DNA of 64,000 nt from positions 43,648,001 to 43,712,000 of the forward strand of contig OX597818.1 of the NCBI GenBank assembly GCA_951406725.2, read 5' to 3'. Below the pieces are notes generated by a model. The model saw nothing but the letters and a program-made list of their open reading frames with translations. It made no database searches and was not told the origin of the DNA. The position numbers and the translations under genes were made by a program. Of the stretch, positions 63,761-64,000 are shown piece after piece. This stretch comes from Octopus vulgaris (taxonomy: Eukaryota). Every line of letters starts with the position of its first letter. Position 1 is the stretch's first letter.

Positions 63761-64000
63761 ATGAACTATGTCTGTTGTGTGCAAATTACCTTGTATGTTT
63801 CTGTGTATCATTTACGGTTTTTTCTTTTCTTTCCTTTCAATTTTCCTCTCTCTCTTCTCATCCCTACTGTCTTTAGCCATGTGTTGTGGTGTGGTGGTGG
63901 GTGTTACTGTTCCATTCTTGTTTTCTATTGAGGCTCGGCCTGTCTACTGCTATGTGCATAGCCTCTGTAATCTGTCTAAGTGTCGTGTCAGTTCTATGTG

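Overview
AT-rich, intron-rich animal genomic DNA. The SINE/RTE repeat content suggests a coleoid cephalopod, probably Octopus (inference, not verified). Two spliced genes on the minus strand were reconstructed by hand from GT-AG boundaries and reading phase. (1) A nucleolin-like gene: 14 coding exons, 19570->6335, 538 aa, with an acidic N-terminus, bipartite NLS, three RRMs and an RGG tail, behind a TATA/YY1/TCT-type promoter. (2) A TK2/dNK-family deoxynucleoside kinase: 8 confident exons, 49623->28498, 5' end unresolved. The remainder is mostly decayed mobile DNA: RTE LINE ends, three tRNA-derived SINE families, piggyBac, mariner, Tc1, hAT, MULE and Helitron fossils, Penelope-type fragments and microsatellites. 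Main observations: the kinase has TK2 gene architecture but a mosaic, purine-kinase-like nucleoside pocket (N81/A84/R88/T110, Drosophila dNK numbering); several minimal hammerhead-ribozyme motifs occur, including an inverted pair in a kinase intron; nucleolin has three RRMs, each built from a two-exon module; and nucleolin intron 1 has unexplained CpG-rich islands. Repeat coordinates are approximate and no database searches were run.
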